From an uncultured Dictyoglomota bacterium (lineage in GTDB: Bacteria > Dictyoglomota > Dictyoglomia > Dictyoglomales > Dictyoglomaceae), in the NCBI GenBank assembly GCA_964654465.1, contig CAZZIO010000040.1:1-64000 (forward strand): a stretch of 64,000 bases of DNA. The letters run 5' to 3'. Position numbers and translations under genes: made by a program. Below the pieces are notes generated by a model. That model did not search any database, was not told the DNA's origin, and was given only the letters and a program-made list of their open reading frames with translations. Every line of letters starts with the position of its first letter. Position 1 is the first letter of the stretch. Of this stretch, positions 19,748 to 29,248 are shown one piece after another.

Positions 19748-20614
19748 TCAACTTCTTAAATACTTAGGAATATAAAATAAAGATAAATGAGTGTCTCCAT
19801 CATAAAATTTTAATTCACCGTGAATTCTTTCCTTTATCCGCTTATCAATTTCATCTTTTTGTAAGAATGGTGAGACACTTTTATCCTTAAAACCAATCAA
19901 AAATCCCCAATTACTATCAAAAGAAGGAATAAAAGTCTGGTATGAATATGAATTAGAAAATACTTTCTTTAAATTATCCCTTATCCAAAAATGTCTATAT
20001 TCTTGCCCTAATTGTGTTGTATCTCCCTGTGTAACCAATATTCCATTATCGTCTAATATGTTCCAAACCAGAAAATAAAACTCTGGCAAATATAATCGGT
20101 AAGCAGGAGTATCAGGGTACGGTTCAGGTAGATCTAAAACCACAATATCAAATTTATCCGTTGTATTCTTAACAAATTCCCAGCCATCTTGAAATATTAA
20201 TTTAACTTTCTCACTTTTAAAAGAACCTTGATGCCATTCCCATAAATACTTTTCAGAAAACTCAACTACTTCAGGATCAATTTCAATTGCAACAATTTCC
20301 ACATAGTTATATTTTAAAAGCTCTCTGAGGGTAGCTCCTTCTCCTGCACCAACAACTAATATCTTATAAGGATTAGGGTGCAATATCATAGAAGGATGAA
20401 TAAGAGCTTCATGATATATGAATTCATCCTTTTCTGCGGACTGAATTTTTCCATCTATTATCAAACATTTTCCATAGGTTGGATTTTTAATAATTTGAAT
20501 CTTCTGATAATAGGAAACAATGTCAACCAAAACTTCCTCTACCATATAGCAATGTAGCTGATCTTCAGCAACTGTGTCTACATACCATCTATAATTTTTC
20601 ATAGTCCCTTTCAT
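19748..20614 (-). CDS. speE: Polyamine aminopropyltransferase (spermidine synthase family)
   Basis: DGKIQS, DEFIYHEAL, GAGEGATLRE, EID, DLPEP. Confidence 0.88.
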   Translation of the reverse strand: MKGTMKNYRWYVDTVAEDQLHCYMVEEVLVDIVSYYQKIQIIKNPTYGKCLIIDGKIQSAEKDEFIYHEALIHPSMILHPNPYKILVVGAGEGATLRELLKYNYVEIVAIEIDPEVVEFSEKYLWEWHQGSFKSEKVKLIFQDGWEFVKNTTDKFDIVVLDLPEPYPDTPAYRLYLPEFYFLVWNILDDNGILVTQGDTTQLGQEYRHFWIRDNLKKVFSNSYSYQTFIPSFDSNWGFLIGFKDKSVSPFLQKDEIDKRIKERIHGELKFYDGDTHLSLFYIPKYLRS

Positions 20615-20892
20615 CTTATCTCAAAATCAGTAAAGTTATTTATATTTTCATCGCTCCAAACCACATCAACCTTTTCTACTATTGCTCCTAAGGGACCTTC
20701 TTTTAATTTTTCCAAAAAAAGTTTTAATGCTTCTTCTTCTCCTATAGCTTCTACTTCCACTCTTCCATCATTTAGATTTCTCACATAACCTAAAATACCA
20801 AGACGCTTTGCCCACTTATAGGCAAAATATCTAAAACCAACTCCCTGAACTACTCCTGAAATATAGACATGAAAATACTTCTTCATAAACAA
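20611..20892 (-). CDS. acyP: Acylphosphatase
   Basis: GVVQGVGFR, GYVRNLNDGRVE; start may be ATG 20886. Confidence 0.93.
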   Translation of the reverse strand: MFMKKYFHVYISGVVQGVGFRYFAYKWAKRLGILGYVRNLNDGRVEVEAIGEEEALKLFLEKLKEGPLGAIVEKVDVVWSDENINNFTDFEIR

Positions 20893-20898
20893 CTAAAT

Positions 20899-20975
20899 TG
20901 GTCGGGGCGACTGGACTTGAACCAGCGACCTCCTACTCCCGAAGCAGGCGCGCTAGCCAACTGCGCTACGCCCCG
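20899..20975 (-). tRNA. tRNA-Pro(CGG)
   Basis: CGGGGCGTAGCGCAG; CCTGC-TT-CGG-GA-GTAGG; CCA end. Confidence 0.95.
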
Positions 20976-20985
20976 CATAATAAGA

Positions 20986-21060
20986 TGGTCGGGGCGACTG
21001 GACTCGAACCAGCGACCTTCCGCACCCCAAACGGACGCGCTTCCCCTGCGCTACGCCCCG
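20986..21060 (-). tRNA. tRNA-Pro(GGG)
   Basis: CGGGGCGTAGCGCAG; TCCGT-TT-GGG-GT-GCGGA; CCA end. Confidence 0.95.
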
Positions 21061-21073
21061 ACTCGCGTTATTT

Positions 21074-21082
21074 ATTATACCA
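21074..21082 (-). promoter_or_regulatory. Extended -10 promoter upstream of the tRNA-Pro pair
   Basis: TG-G-TATAAT on the minus strand, 13 nt before the tRNA 5' end. Confidence 0.6.
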
Positions 21083-21090
21083 TAAAATAC

Positions 21091-22980
21091 TTACTTTTTC
21101 ACATTTAGAAGATGTGAAATTTCCTCGACAAATCGAGATGGTTCTTGATACCTATTATATCTTTTTGAAGCGTAAGACATATATAATTTCTCCTTGGCTC
21201 TTGTTATACCCACGTAACACAATCTTCTCTCTTCTTCTATTTCTTCTCTTGTAGTTGCATTATAATGAGGTAGTATCCCTTCTTCAAGACCTACAAGAAA
21301 TACAATATCAAACTCCAATCCTTTTACACTGTGTAGAGTAATAAGAGAAATCTTATCACTCTCAAGAGAATTTTCTATCTTACTACTACTTAACGTAAGA
21401 TGAGACAGGAATTCTCCCAAATCATTTTTTTCTGAAAACCCCTTACTAAACTCAATTAATTCTAAGAGATTTTCTTTTTTTACCTCTAAAGTATCTCTAT
21501 CATACTTCTCTATTTCTTTCATATAGCCAGTTTTATCAATAACAGTCTCTATAAGGCCTTCAATATTAATCTTATCTTTTATTTCTAATAAATAATTCCA
21601 AATATCTAAAAAACTTTTTACCTCTTTCTTCGTCTTTGAGACTTCCTTAACCGCTTCCAGTAAAGAATAACCCTTGTTATAATATTCCTTTATAAAATTA
21701 AAAGTAGCCTCACCAATACCTCTCTTAGGTACATTAATTATTCTCTTTAAGCTTATAATATCATTGGGATCATGTAGGATATTTAGATATGCTACTATAT
21801 CTTTAACTTCTTTTCTATCAAAAAAACTTATTCCCCCTATTACTTTATATGGAAGATTAGACCTAATAAAGGCTTCTTCGAACACTCTTGATTGCCTATT
21901 TGTTCTGTATAAAACTGCAATTTCAGAAGGATTTTTACCCTTTAAAAGTTCTATTTTTATTTGTCTTACCACAAAGCTTGCCTCATCTTCTTCATTTACA
22001 GCCCTAAAAAGTATAGGATAATTTCCATTCTTTTTATCACTCCATAACTTTTTAGGATATCTTTTATCATTATTTACTATTAAGGCGTTTGCTATATCCA
22101 GAATTTGTTGTGTAGATCTATAATTTTTAGTTAAAAATATTACTTTCAAATTTTTGAAATCTTTCTCCAATCTAAAAATATTTTGATAATCAGCCCCCCT
22201 CCAGCTATATATACTTTGATCGTCATCTCCAACTACAGAAAATCTTTTTTTCTCTTCCACAAGAATTTTAAAAAGCTCGTATTGGGCCTTATTAGTATCC
22301 TGATATTCATCGACTAAAACATATTCTAATTTGTCTTGAACATATCCTCTTAAAGCAGGATTTTCTTGTAATAATTTAATAGAATAAATGAGAAGGTCTG
22401 CAAAATCAACAGCATTATTTTTCCTTAAATAATTTTCATATTTCTTATAGATTCCTAATATTATCTCATCAAAATTATTAGAAACCATATACTGAAAATC
22501 TTCAGGAGTAATTAGCTTATCTTTTAGGCGAGAGATTTTATCTTTAATATCTTTAGAGTTATAATCGTTTTCTCTTGCAAAATCCTTAAGTATCTCTTTT
22601 ACAACTTCTTCTTGTGCATCTTCATCATATATCACAAAATTGCTTGGAAACCCAAACCTTTTTCCATAGGTTTTTAAAAGATATAACCCAAATCCATGAA
22701 AAGTTCCAGCCCAAACTTTTTCACCATCTTCTGACGATATCAGTCTTGTTATCCTACTTTTCATCTCAAAAGCTGCTTTATTCGTAAAAGTTAAAGCCAC
22801 AATGTTTTCAGGCTTTGCATACTTTTCAGATATGAGATAAGCTATTTTGTAAGTTATTACCCTTGTTTTACCACTTCCAGCTCCTGCAAGTACTAGTAAA
22901 GGATTATCCACATCTAAAACTGCGGATAACTGTTCCTCACTTAAGTCTTTAAGAAAATCCATAATTCTTACCTCTTCCAA
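21091..22980 (-). CDS. pcrA: UvrD/PcrA superfamily 1 DNA helicase
   Basis: AGAGSGKT, TFTNKAA, DEYQD, GDDDQSIY, NYRST, KGLEF, YVGITRA; start may be ATG 22962. Confidence 0.92.
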   Translation of the reverse strand: MEEVRIMDFLKDLSEEQLSAVLDVDNPLLVLAGAGSGKTRVITYKIAYLISEKYAKPENIVALTFTNKAAFEMKSRITRLISSEDGEKVWAGTFHGFGLYLLKTYGKRFGFPSNFVIYDEDAQEEVVKEILKDFARENDYNSKDIKDKISRLKDKLITPEDFQYMVSNNFDEIILGIYKKYENYLRKNNAVDFADLLIYSIKLLQENPALRGYVQDKLEYVLVDEYQDTNKAQYELFKILVEEKKRFSVVGDDDQSIYSWRGADYQNIFRLEKDFKNLKVIFLTKNYRSTQQILDIANALIVNNDKRYPKKLWSDKKNGNYPILFRAVNEEDEASFVVRQIKIELLKGKNPSEIAVLYRTNRQSRVFEEAFIRSNLPYKVIGGISFFDRKEVKDIVAYLNILHDPNDIISLKRIINVPKRGIGEATFNFIKEYYNKGYSLLEAVKEVSKTKKEVKSFLDIWNYLLEIKDKINIEGLIETVIDKTGYMKEIEKYDRDTLEVKKENLLELIEFSKGFSEKNDLGEFLSHLTLSSSKIENSLESDKISLITLHSVKGLEFDIVFLVGLEEGILPHYNATTREEIEEERRLCYVGITRAKEKLYMSYASKRYNRYQEPSRFVEEISHLLNVKK

Positions 22981-22984
22981 AAAT

Positions 22985-23227
22985 CTATTCTTTTAATGGT
23001 ATATCAATTCTTAAAATAGATTTGTTATCCTCCTGAGATAATTCAATTCTCATATTATCAGGTTCAAAAGTGAGATATTTAGAGACTGCCTTAATTAAAT
23101 CTTCTTTTAAACTTTCTATCATTTTAGGTTCAATCTTTGCCCTATCATAAACAAGGATAACTTGAAGTCTCTCTTTTGCAATTTCTTTAGAAGATATCTT
23201 TTTACTCCATATGTTAGTTATGATCAT
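22985..23227 (-). CDS. minE: Cell division topological specificity factor
   Basis: SKEIAKERLQVIL..DR motif; follows minD. Confidence 0.92.
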   Translation of the reverse strand: MIITNIWSKKISSKEIAKERLQVILVYDRAKIEPKMIESLKEDLIKAVSKYLTFEPDNMRIELSQEDNKSILRIDIPLKE

Positions 23228-23242
23228 CTTAACCTCCCCTTT

Positions 23243-24037
23243 TTACCCCTTAAATATTTTAAAAATCTTTTCTAAGAAGCTCTCGGATTTTTCAAGCTCA
23301 TCCCATGATACATCTTCTCCTAAAAGCCTCTTCACTATTAAATTAAAAGCTAAAGCGGATTTATACTTATTTCCTGAATAAATAATAGGTTCTCCTTTAT
23401 TTATACTTATTATTAAATTTTCATCTTCTGGTATAATTCCTAAAAGTTCTATAGACAGAATATCCAACAAATCATCAACACCAAGCATTTCACCATTTTT
23501 TACCATATCAAACCTTACTCTGTTAACAATAAGTCTTGGATCTCTAAGTCCATAAGCTTCTAAAAGTCCAATAACCCTATCTGCATCTCTTACCGCTGAA
23601 ACTTCAGGAGTAGTAATAACTATAGCCTCATCAGCACCCGATATAGCACTCTTAAATCCATGCTCTATACCAGCTGGAGAGTCTATTAATACATAATCAA
23701 ACTCTATCTTAAGATCATTTATTACCCCTTTCATCTGTTCAATAGAAACAGCTTCCTTTTCTTTTGTTTGGGCAGCAGGTAAAAGATATAGATTATTTAA
23801 TCTTTTATCCTTAACTAATGCTTGTTTAAGACTACATTTTCCTTCCACCACATCCACTATGTTGTAAACTATTCTATTTTCTAAACCCAGAAGAAGATCT
23901 AAATTTCTAAGTCCTATATCTGTATCTACAAGAGCAACTTTAAGACCACTCATAGCAAGACCAGTTCCAATATTAGCCACAGCAGTAGTCTTACCAACAC
24001 CACCCTTCCCTGAAGTTACCACTATAGATTTACCCAT
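23243..24037 (-). CDS. minD: Septum site-determining ATPase
   Basis: SGKGGVGKTT, DIGLRNLD, DSPAGIE, C-terminal amphipathic helix. Confidence 0.97.
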   Translation of the reverse strand: MGKSIVVTSGKGGVGKTTAVANIGTGLAMSGLKVALVDTDIGLRNLDLLLGLENRIVYNIVDVVEGKCSLKQALVKDKRLNNLYLLPAAQTKEKEAVSIEQMKGVINDLKIEFDYVLIDSPAGIEHGFKSAISGADEAIVITTPEVSAVRDADRVIGLLEAYGLRDPRLIVNRVRFDMVKNGEMLGVDDLLDILSIELLGIIPEDENLIISINKGEPIIYSGNKYKSALAFNLIVKRLLGEDVSWDELEKSESFLEKIFKIFKG

Positions 24038-24054
24038 CTTTTTTACCCCCTAAA

Positions 24055-24636
24055 TTAATATGTATCAATCTTAAATTTACCATCCTCTATATATAAAAAA
24101 TAACCTGCCTTTTTATACCTTGCTTTGGGCATATCTAAAATATAAGAGGCGATTTGAATCTTTTCAGGCTCAAGTCCCAAAGCAAATATAATAGCTTTGT
24201 CATTATTTTCATATCCTGCCCATATAGAACCTCTGATCTTTCCTAAAACAAAAACACTCTTATTACAAATTATTTCTGCCCCTGAATTTACATCTCCTAA
24301 AATTAAAAGATTTTCTTTTGAACTAACAAGTTTACCACTTCTTATAGGACCGATAATAATCTTTGCAATATTGGAGTAAGGAACTCTTATCTTAGGTAAG
24401 TCCCTGTTTAGCATTATACCATAATTTTTATAAATTTGTTTCTGGAGTTCCTCCCAATCTGAATTATCTATCTCTCTTCCTTGGAAGTCTATATAAATAT
24501 TTACACCTTTAAAAAATTTTTCCTTATTCTTGATCTCATCAATTATAAGATTTTTAATTTCATCCCAAGATAAAGATGGATTAACTACCATCTTTATACC
24601 TTCTTTTAAATCTCCTTTTATAGATATATTACTCAA
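24055..24636 (-). CDS. minC: Septum site-determining protein MinC
   Basis: IRSG, GDVNSGAEI, GKIRG..WAG; position upstream of minD. Confidence 0.9.
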   Translation of the reverse strand: MSNISIKGDLKEGIKMVVNPSLSWDEIKNLIIDEIKNKEKFFKGVNIYIDFQGREIDNSDWEELQKQIYKNYGIMLNRDLPKIRVPYSNIAKIIIGPIRSGKLVSSKENLLILGDVNSGAEIICNKSVFVLGKIRGSIWAGYENNDKAIIFALGLEPEKIQIASYILDMPKARYKKAGYFLYIEDGKFKIDTY

Positions 24637-26356
24637 TATTTTTACCCCCCTTTATCATATATTCAATTATCTTTCTTGCTATTAGAGCTGCTCTACCTCC
24701 TCCGCTTTTTCCATGCTCAACAAAAACAGTCACCACATAAGGAACATCGTTAACTCTAAAGAAAGAGGAAAACCAAGCATGGCTTTCTCCATGCGGGTTC
24801 TCAGCTGTTCCTGTTTTTCCAAATATTTCTACTCCTGGAAATTTTACAGCTATTCCTGTTCCTTCCTCCACCACTTTTTTCATTCCCTCCTTTAATATTT
24901 CCCATATTGATTTATTTATCTTTACTTCTTTAATAATCTCAGGCCTAACCTCTTCTATACCATTTTCAGTTACTATACCCTTTAAAACGTGCGGTTTAAC
25001 CAATATTCCTTCTGTAGCAAGCATACTCATCATAGCATGTATTTCTAAAGGAGTAACCAGTACAAAACCTTGACCGATGGAAAGATTTACTGTATCTCCA
25101 GGATACCAAGGCTCTTTAAAGGTTTTTACTTTCCATTCCTTAGATGGAATAAATCCTTTTACCTCTCCTGGCAAATCTATACCCACTTTAGAATCTAACA
25201 TAAAATCTTTTGCATATTTAAAAATCTGATCTTCTCCTACCCTCAATCCTACATTGTAAAAAACCACATTACAAGATTGAGCTATTCCATCCACAAAATT
25301 AATTCTTCTATGTCCACCCTTTTTCCAGCATTTATAAGAATATCCTCCTAAGTAAAATTCTCCTGGACAATAAAAAGTATCATTTGGTGAGATCTTTTTA
25401 TTTTCTAAGGCAGAAAGAGCAACTATCAATTTAAAAATAGAACCTGGAGGGTATAAGGCTGAAATCGCCTTATTGTTTAATGGCTTGTTGATATCATTAA
25501 TAAGATTATTCCATTCTTCTTTTGTAAAACCTGTTATAAATTTATTAGGGTCAAAGGCAGGATGACTTGCCATAGATAAAACTTCTCCTGTATCTGCCCG
25601 AGATACAATGACACAGCCCCTTTCCTCTCCTAAGGCATCTTCAGCAACCTTTTGAATATTCAGATCTAAACTTAATATTAATGATTCACCAGGTACAGGA
25701 TCCTTCTGGCCAACTGTGATATTTTCAGTATTTGAAGCATGCAATAATATTCCTCTAAATCCTTTCTTACCCCTTAAATATTTTTCATAAAATGCCTCTA
25801 CTCCGTATTTCCCAGATTTTTCCCCCAAAGAATAATCACTTTCCTCATCTTCAAGTTCTTCTTTACTTACCTCACCCATGTATCCAATAACATGAGAAGC
25901 TAATGATCCAAAAGGATAATATCTCTCAAATTCAATATTTATAGAAAATGGTGGTAAATCCTCTCTATTCTCTTCTAAAAGTAATATTTCCTTTATATCT
26001 AAATTATTTTTTAAAAGTACCGCAGGATAGAACGGTGAAATTTTATTATAAATCTTTTCGATATCTTTATCCTTCATTTTTATAACATTGCTTAATCTCT
26101 TTACTTTTTCTCTCTCATATTTGTAAGGAGGAATTAAATATAATGAATATTTTATCTTATTTTCAGCTAAAATAACTCCATTTCTATCATATATGATACC
26201 TCGAGGGGCAGGAAGGATTACTGATTTCATATAGTTTCTTTGGGCAAGATCTTGATAAAAATCACCTTTATATATTTGAAGATAGAAAAGTCTTAATATA
26301 ATCAGCAAAATAGCTACTTCTATTATTCTTTTAAAGAAAATTTCATGATTCTTCAT
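24629..26356 (-). CDS. mrdA: Penicillin-binding protein 2
   Basis: RGIIYDRNG; SIFK, SCN and KTG motifs; mre context. Confidence 0.93.
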   Translation of the reverse strand: MKNHEIFFKRIIEVAILLIILRLFYLQIYKGDFYQDLAQRNYMKSVILPAPRGIIYDRNGVILAENKIKYSLYLIPPYKYEREKVKRLSNVIKMKDKDIEKIYNKISPFYPAVLLKNNLDIKEILLLEENREDLPPFSINIEFERYYPFGSLASHVIGYMGEVSKEELEDEESDYSLGEKSGKYGVEAFYEKYLRGKKGFRGILLHASNTENITVGQKDPVPGESLILSLDLNIQKVAEDALGEERGCVIVSRADTGEVLSMASHPAFDPNKFITGFTKEEWNNLINDINKPLNNKAISALYPPGSIFKLIVALSALENKKISPNDTFYCPGEFYLGGYSYKCWKKGGHRRINFVDGIAQSCNVVFYNVGLRVGEDQIFKYAKDFMLDSKVGIDLPGEVKGFIPSKEWKVKTFKEPWYPGDTVNLSIGQGFVLVTPLEIHAMMSMLATEGILVKPHVLKGIVTENGIEEVRPEIIKEVKINKSIWEILKEGMKKVVEEGTGIAVKFPGVEIFGKTGTAENPHGESHAWFSSFFRVNDVPYVVTVFVEHGKSGGGRAALIARKIIEYMIKGGKNIE

Positions 26357-26799
26357 TCTTTTTCAGTAGAATAAATCTCAGGAATAAAAAAATAAAAAGG
26401 GATAAAAAATACAAGATTAGATGATATATATCTCAAGAGGTCTATTACATAATTCAAACTAAAATTATAGCCAAAGTTCCAAAATAAAAAGGAAAAGGTA
26501 CTAAGACCAATTATTAAAAAGAAGGCACTACTTTTATGAATAGAGATAAAACTCTTTTTCCACATTTTTATTATAACTTCAATAATAACCCAATAAATCA
26601 GAAATAAATAGAAAGGAATAGTAGAAAAAATTTTTAAAGAAAAAGATAGAATAATAGATATTCCTTGAAAATATAAACTTTTAAAAAGAAGAAAAACAAA
26701 AAAAACTAAAACCAAATCAGGATGAAATCCTAAAAAGAAAACTTTTGTCTGCAAAAAAGCTAAAATTAAAGAACTTAAAAAGATTAAAATTTCAGACAA
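26353..26799 (-). CDS. mreD: Probable rod-shape protein MreD (divergent)
   Basis: Hydrophobic, PDLVLV motif, lies between mreC and mrdA. Confidence 0.7.
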   Translation of the reverse strand: MSEILIFLSSLILAFLQTKVFFLGFHPDLVLVFFVFLLFKSLYFQGISIILSFSLKIFSTIPFYLFLIYWVIIEVIIKMWKKSFISIHKSSAFFLIIGLSTFSFLFWNFGYNFSLNYVIDLLRYISSNLVFFIPFYFFIPEIYSTEKE

Positions 26800-27572
26800 A
26801 CTGCAACCCCCTCCATATTTGATAAATCAACCATTGGATATACTTTTATTCTGGTAAAAGCTAAAACATTCTTCTCTTCTAAATGAGAAATATATCCTAC
26901 CTTTAAACCATAAGGTATATATTCATCAATTCCAGAAGTTATTACATTATGATTAGTTTTAATACCATGATCTGAAAATATGTAAGCCATTTCTATATGA
27001 TCAAAGGCTCCTTTAACTATTCCATAATCTTTTGTTTCCCATATCATTACTCCTACTACTGTACTAGGGTCATAGATTGTCTTTACAATTGAAAAATTTT
27101 TCTCTGTTTTATAAATTTTTCCAATTATCTGATCCTTATAAATTACTGCCATCCCTTTTTTGACACCATCTTTTTCTCCCTTATCTATTTTAAATTCAAG
27201 ATTCCACTTTACAGGATCTCTTCCAATAATGTTAGCATAAACAAACGAAAAATTTTTCTTTTCCAATTCCTTTAACCATATTGCTGTCTCTTCTTTCCGT
27301 CTTAGATTTTCTAAAATCATTTTAAGCCTTAAATTTTCCTTATATAAATCAAAGTTTTCGTTCCTTAATATCTCTATTTCCTTTTGCAAACTTTCAGTTA
27401 AAGTAAAAATAGCTTTCAATTCATTAATAAAAATCTTTAAGTCATTAATTATATTAGAAAATGCTTTTTGAATATTAGTGGTCCAAATTTCTACGTATCC
27501 ACTACCCCAAAGAAGAATAGAGAGTAGTAGTACTAAAAATACCAACCGCCATTTAATTCCTTGTTTATCCAT
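26784..27572 (-). CDS. mreC: Rod-shape protein MreC
   Basis: TM plus coiled coil; IDKGEKDGVKKGMAV; ITSG..P.GL. Confidence 0.9.
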   Translation of the reverse strand: MDKQGIKWRLVFLVLLLSILLWGSGYVEIWTTNIQKAFSNIINDLKIFINELKAIFTLTESLQKEIEILRNENFDLYKENLRLKMILENLRRKEETAIWLKELEKKNFSFVYANIIGRDPVKWNLEFKIDKGEKDGVKKGMAVIYKDQIIGKIYKTEKNFSIVKTIYDPSTVVGVMIWETKDYGIVKGAFDHIEMAYIFSDHGIKTNHNVITSGIDEYIPYGLKVGYISHLEEKNVLAFTRIKVYPMVDLSNMEGVAVCLKF

Positions 27573-27585
27573 TTATAAATACTTC

Positions 27586-28632
27586 TTAATAGCTCTCTTT
27601 AACTGAAGCAAGTACCTGTTTATATTTATCAAATTCTTCAATAATCTTTCCTGTTCCTTTTACTACACAAAGTAAAGGCTCTTCTGCAACTATAGTTACA
27701 ACCCCTATTTGTTCTGATATATATGAATCAAGACCTCTCAGGAGAGCACCTCCACCAGCTAAAACTATACCTTTATCCATAATATCTGCTGCAAGTTCTG
27801 GAGGTGTTTTTTCTAAGGTATCTCTAATTGCTTCTACAATCATATCAATGGTATCCTTTAAAGCTTCTCTAACTTCTGCCGAACTAATCTCTATATTACG
27901 AGGCACCCCAGTAAGTAAATCTCTTCCTTTAACTTCCATATAAGTTTTATTCTCTTCTCCAAAAGCAGCATTTCCAAGGTTAACCTTTATCTCTTCTGCA
28001 GTTCTCTCTCCTATAAATAGGTTGTATTTTTTCCTTATATAATGAACAATAGCTTCATCCATCTCATCCCCAGCCACCTTTATTGAGGTGCTAACCACTA
28101 TTCCTCCTAATGAAATAACAGCTATTTCAGTAGTCCCTCCACCAATATCTACAATAATATTACCAGAAGGTTCCCATATTGGGAGATCAGCACCTAATGC
28201 ACTAGCAATAGGCTCTGTGACAAGCAAAACATCTCTTGCACCAGCAGAATATGCAGTATCTAAAACAGCTCTACGCTCTACAGGTGTTGTTCCCGACGGT
28301 ATACCTATAACCATTCGAGGACTTACTAAAAAATCTCTCTTATTGTGAACCTTCTCTATAAAGTATCTAATCATCTTTTCCGCAGCATCAAAATCTGCTA
28401 TGACTCCATCCTTTAATGGCCTTATAGTGACAATCTCTTCAGGAGTTCTTCCAAGCATTTTCTTTGCTTCTTCACCAACAGCAACAACCTTCTTATCACT
28501 TCTTCTTATTGCCACCATAGATGGTTCAAAGATAACTACTCCCTTACCTCTAACATATACAACCGTATTTGCAGTTCCCAAATCAATACCTAAATCCTTA
28601 GAAAAAATTCCTGCCAAAAAATTCAAAGCCAT
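27586..28632 (-). CDS. mreB: Actin-like MreB
   Basis: GIDLGTAN, RPLKDGVIADF, DIGGGTT, GGGALL. Confidence 0.97.
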   Translation of the reverse strand: MALNFLAGIFSKDLGIDLGTANTVVYVRGKGVVIFEPSMVAIRRSDKKVVAVGEEAKKMLGRTPEEIVTIRPLKDGVIADFDAAEKMIRYFIEKVHNKRDFLVSPRMVIGIPSGTTPVERRAVLDTAYSAGARDVLLVTEPIASALGADLPIWEPSGNIIVDIGGGTTEIAVISLGGIVVSTSIKVAGDEMDEAIVHYIRKKYNLFIGERTAEEIKVNLGNAAFGEENKTYMEVKGRDLLTGVPRNIEISSAEVREALKDTIDMIVEAIRDTLEKTPPELAADIMDKGIVLAGGGALLRGLDSYISEQIGVVTIVAEEPLLCVVKGTGKIIEEFDKYKQVLASVKESY

Positions 28633-28660
28633 AAGTCCTCCTTCTTTCTTTTATAATATT

Positions 28661-29248
28661 TTATAAAAGATTATATCCAAATTTATCAAGAAGATAATTC
28701 AATCTTACTAATGGTAATCCCACTATATTATAGTAATCACCTTCTATTTTTTCAATTAATAATGCTCCTTTACCTTGAATTCCATAAGCACCAGCTTTAT
28801 CCATAGGTTCACCTGTTGCAACGTATCTTTCTATTTCCTCATCCGAATAATCCCTCATTTTTACCTTACTTCTAACAGAAGAAATATAATGTATGTTTTC
28901 AGGAGTCGCCCATACAACTATACCCGTAAAAACATAATGATATTTACCTCTTAGCCTCTTAAGAATTCTTATAGCATCCTTTTCATTTTTTGGTTTACCA
29001 ACAATTTCTCCATCTAATACTACAATAGTATCAGCTGAAATAATTAAAGAATATTCACTTTGGCATAGTTCTGCTGCTTTTTGAGCTTTCTTTAAAGCAT
29101 TTTTCTTCACCAAATCTACTGGCGAGATATTTCTTTTCCCTTCTATTTCTTCCACATCTACTGGTAAAACTTTAAAATCAATACCTAAACTCTTAAGAAG
29201 TTCCTTTCTTCTAGGAGAATTAGATGCAAGAATTATTTCTCTTTTCAT
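28661..29248 (-). CDS. maf: Maf-family nucleoside triphosphate pyrophosphatase
   Basis: ILASNSPRR, ADTIV, DKAGAYGIQ, VGLP. Confidence 0.94.
   Translation of the reverse strand: MKREIILASNSPRRKELLKSLGIDFKVLPVDVEEIEGKRNISPVDLVKKNALKKAQKAAELCQSEYSLIISADTIVVLDGEIVGKPKNEKDAIRILKRLRGKYHYVFTGIVVWATPENIHYISSVRSKVKMRDYSDEEIERYVATGEPMDKAGAYGIQGKGALLIEKIEGDYYNIVGLPLVRLNYLLDKFGYNLL

Noticed and set aside
20899-21060. Direct repeat resembling an att site or mini-CRISPR
   Set aside because: Both copies are complete tRNAs with different anticodons; no integrase, cas gene or spacer series
20869-21254. Two plus-strand ORFs with internal repeats (WSGRLD..., MVGATGLEPAT...)
   Set aside because: Artefacts of the antisense strand of two similar tRNA-Pro genes
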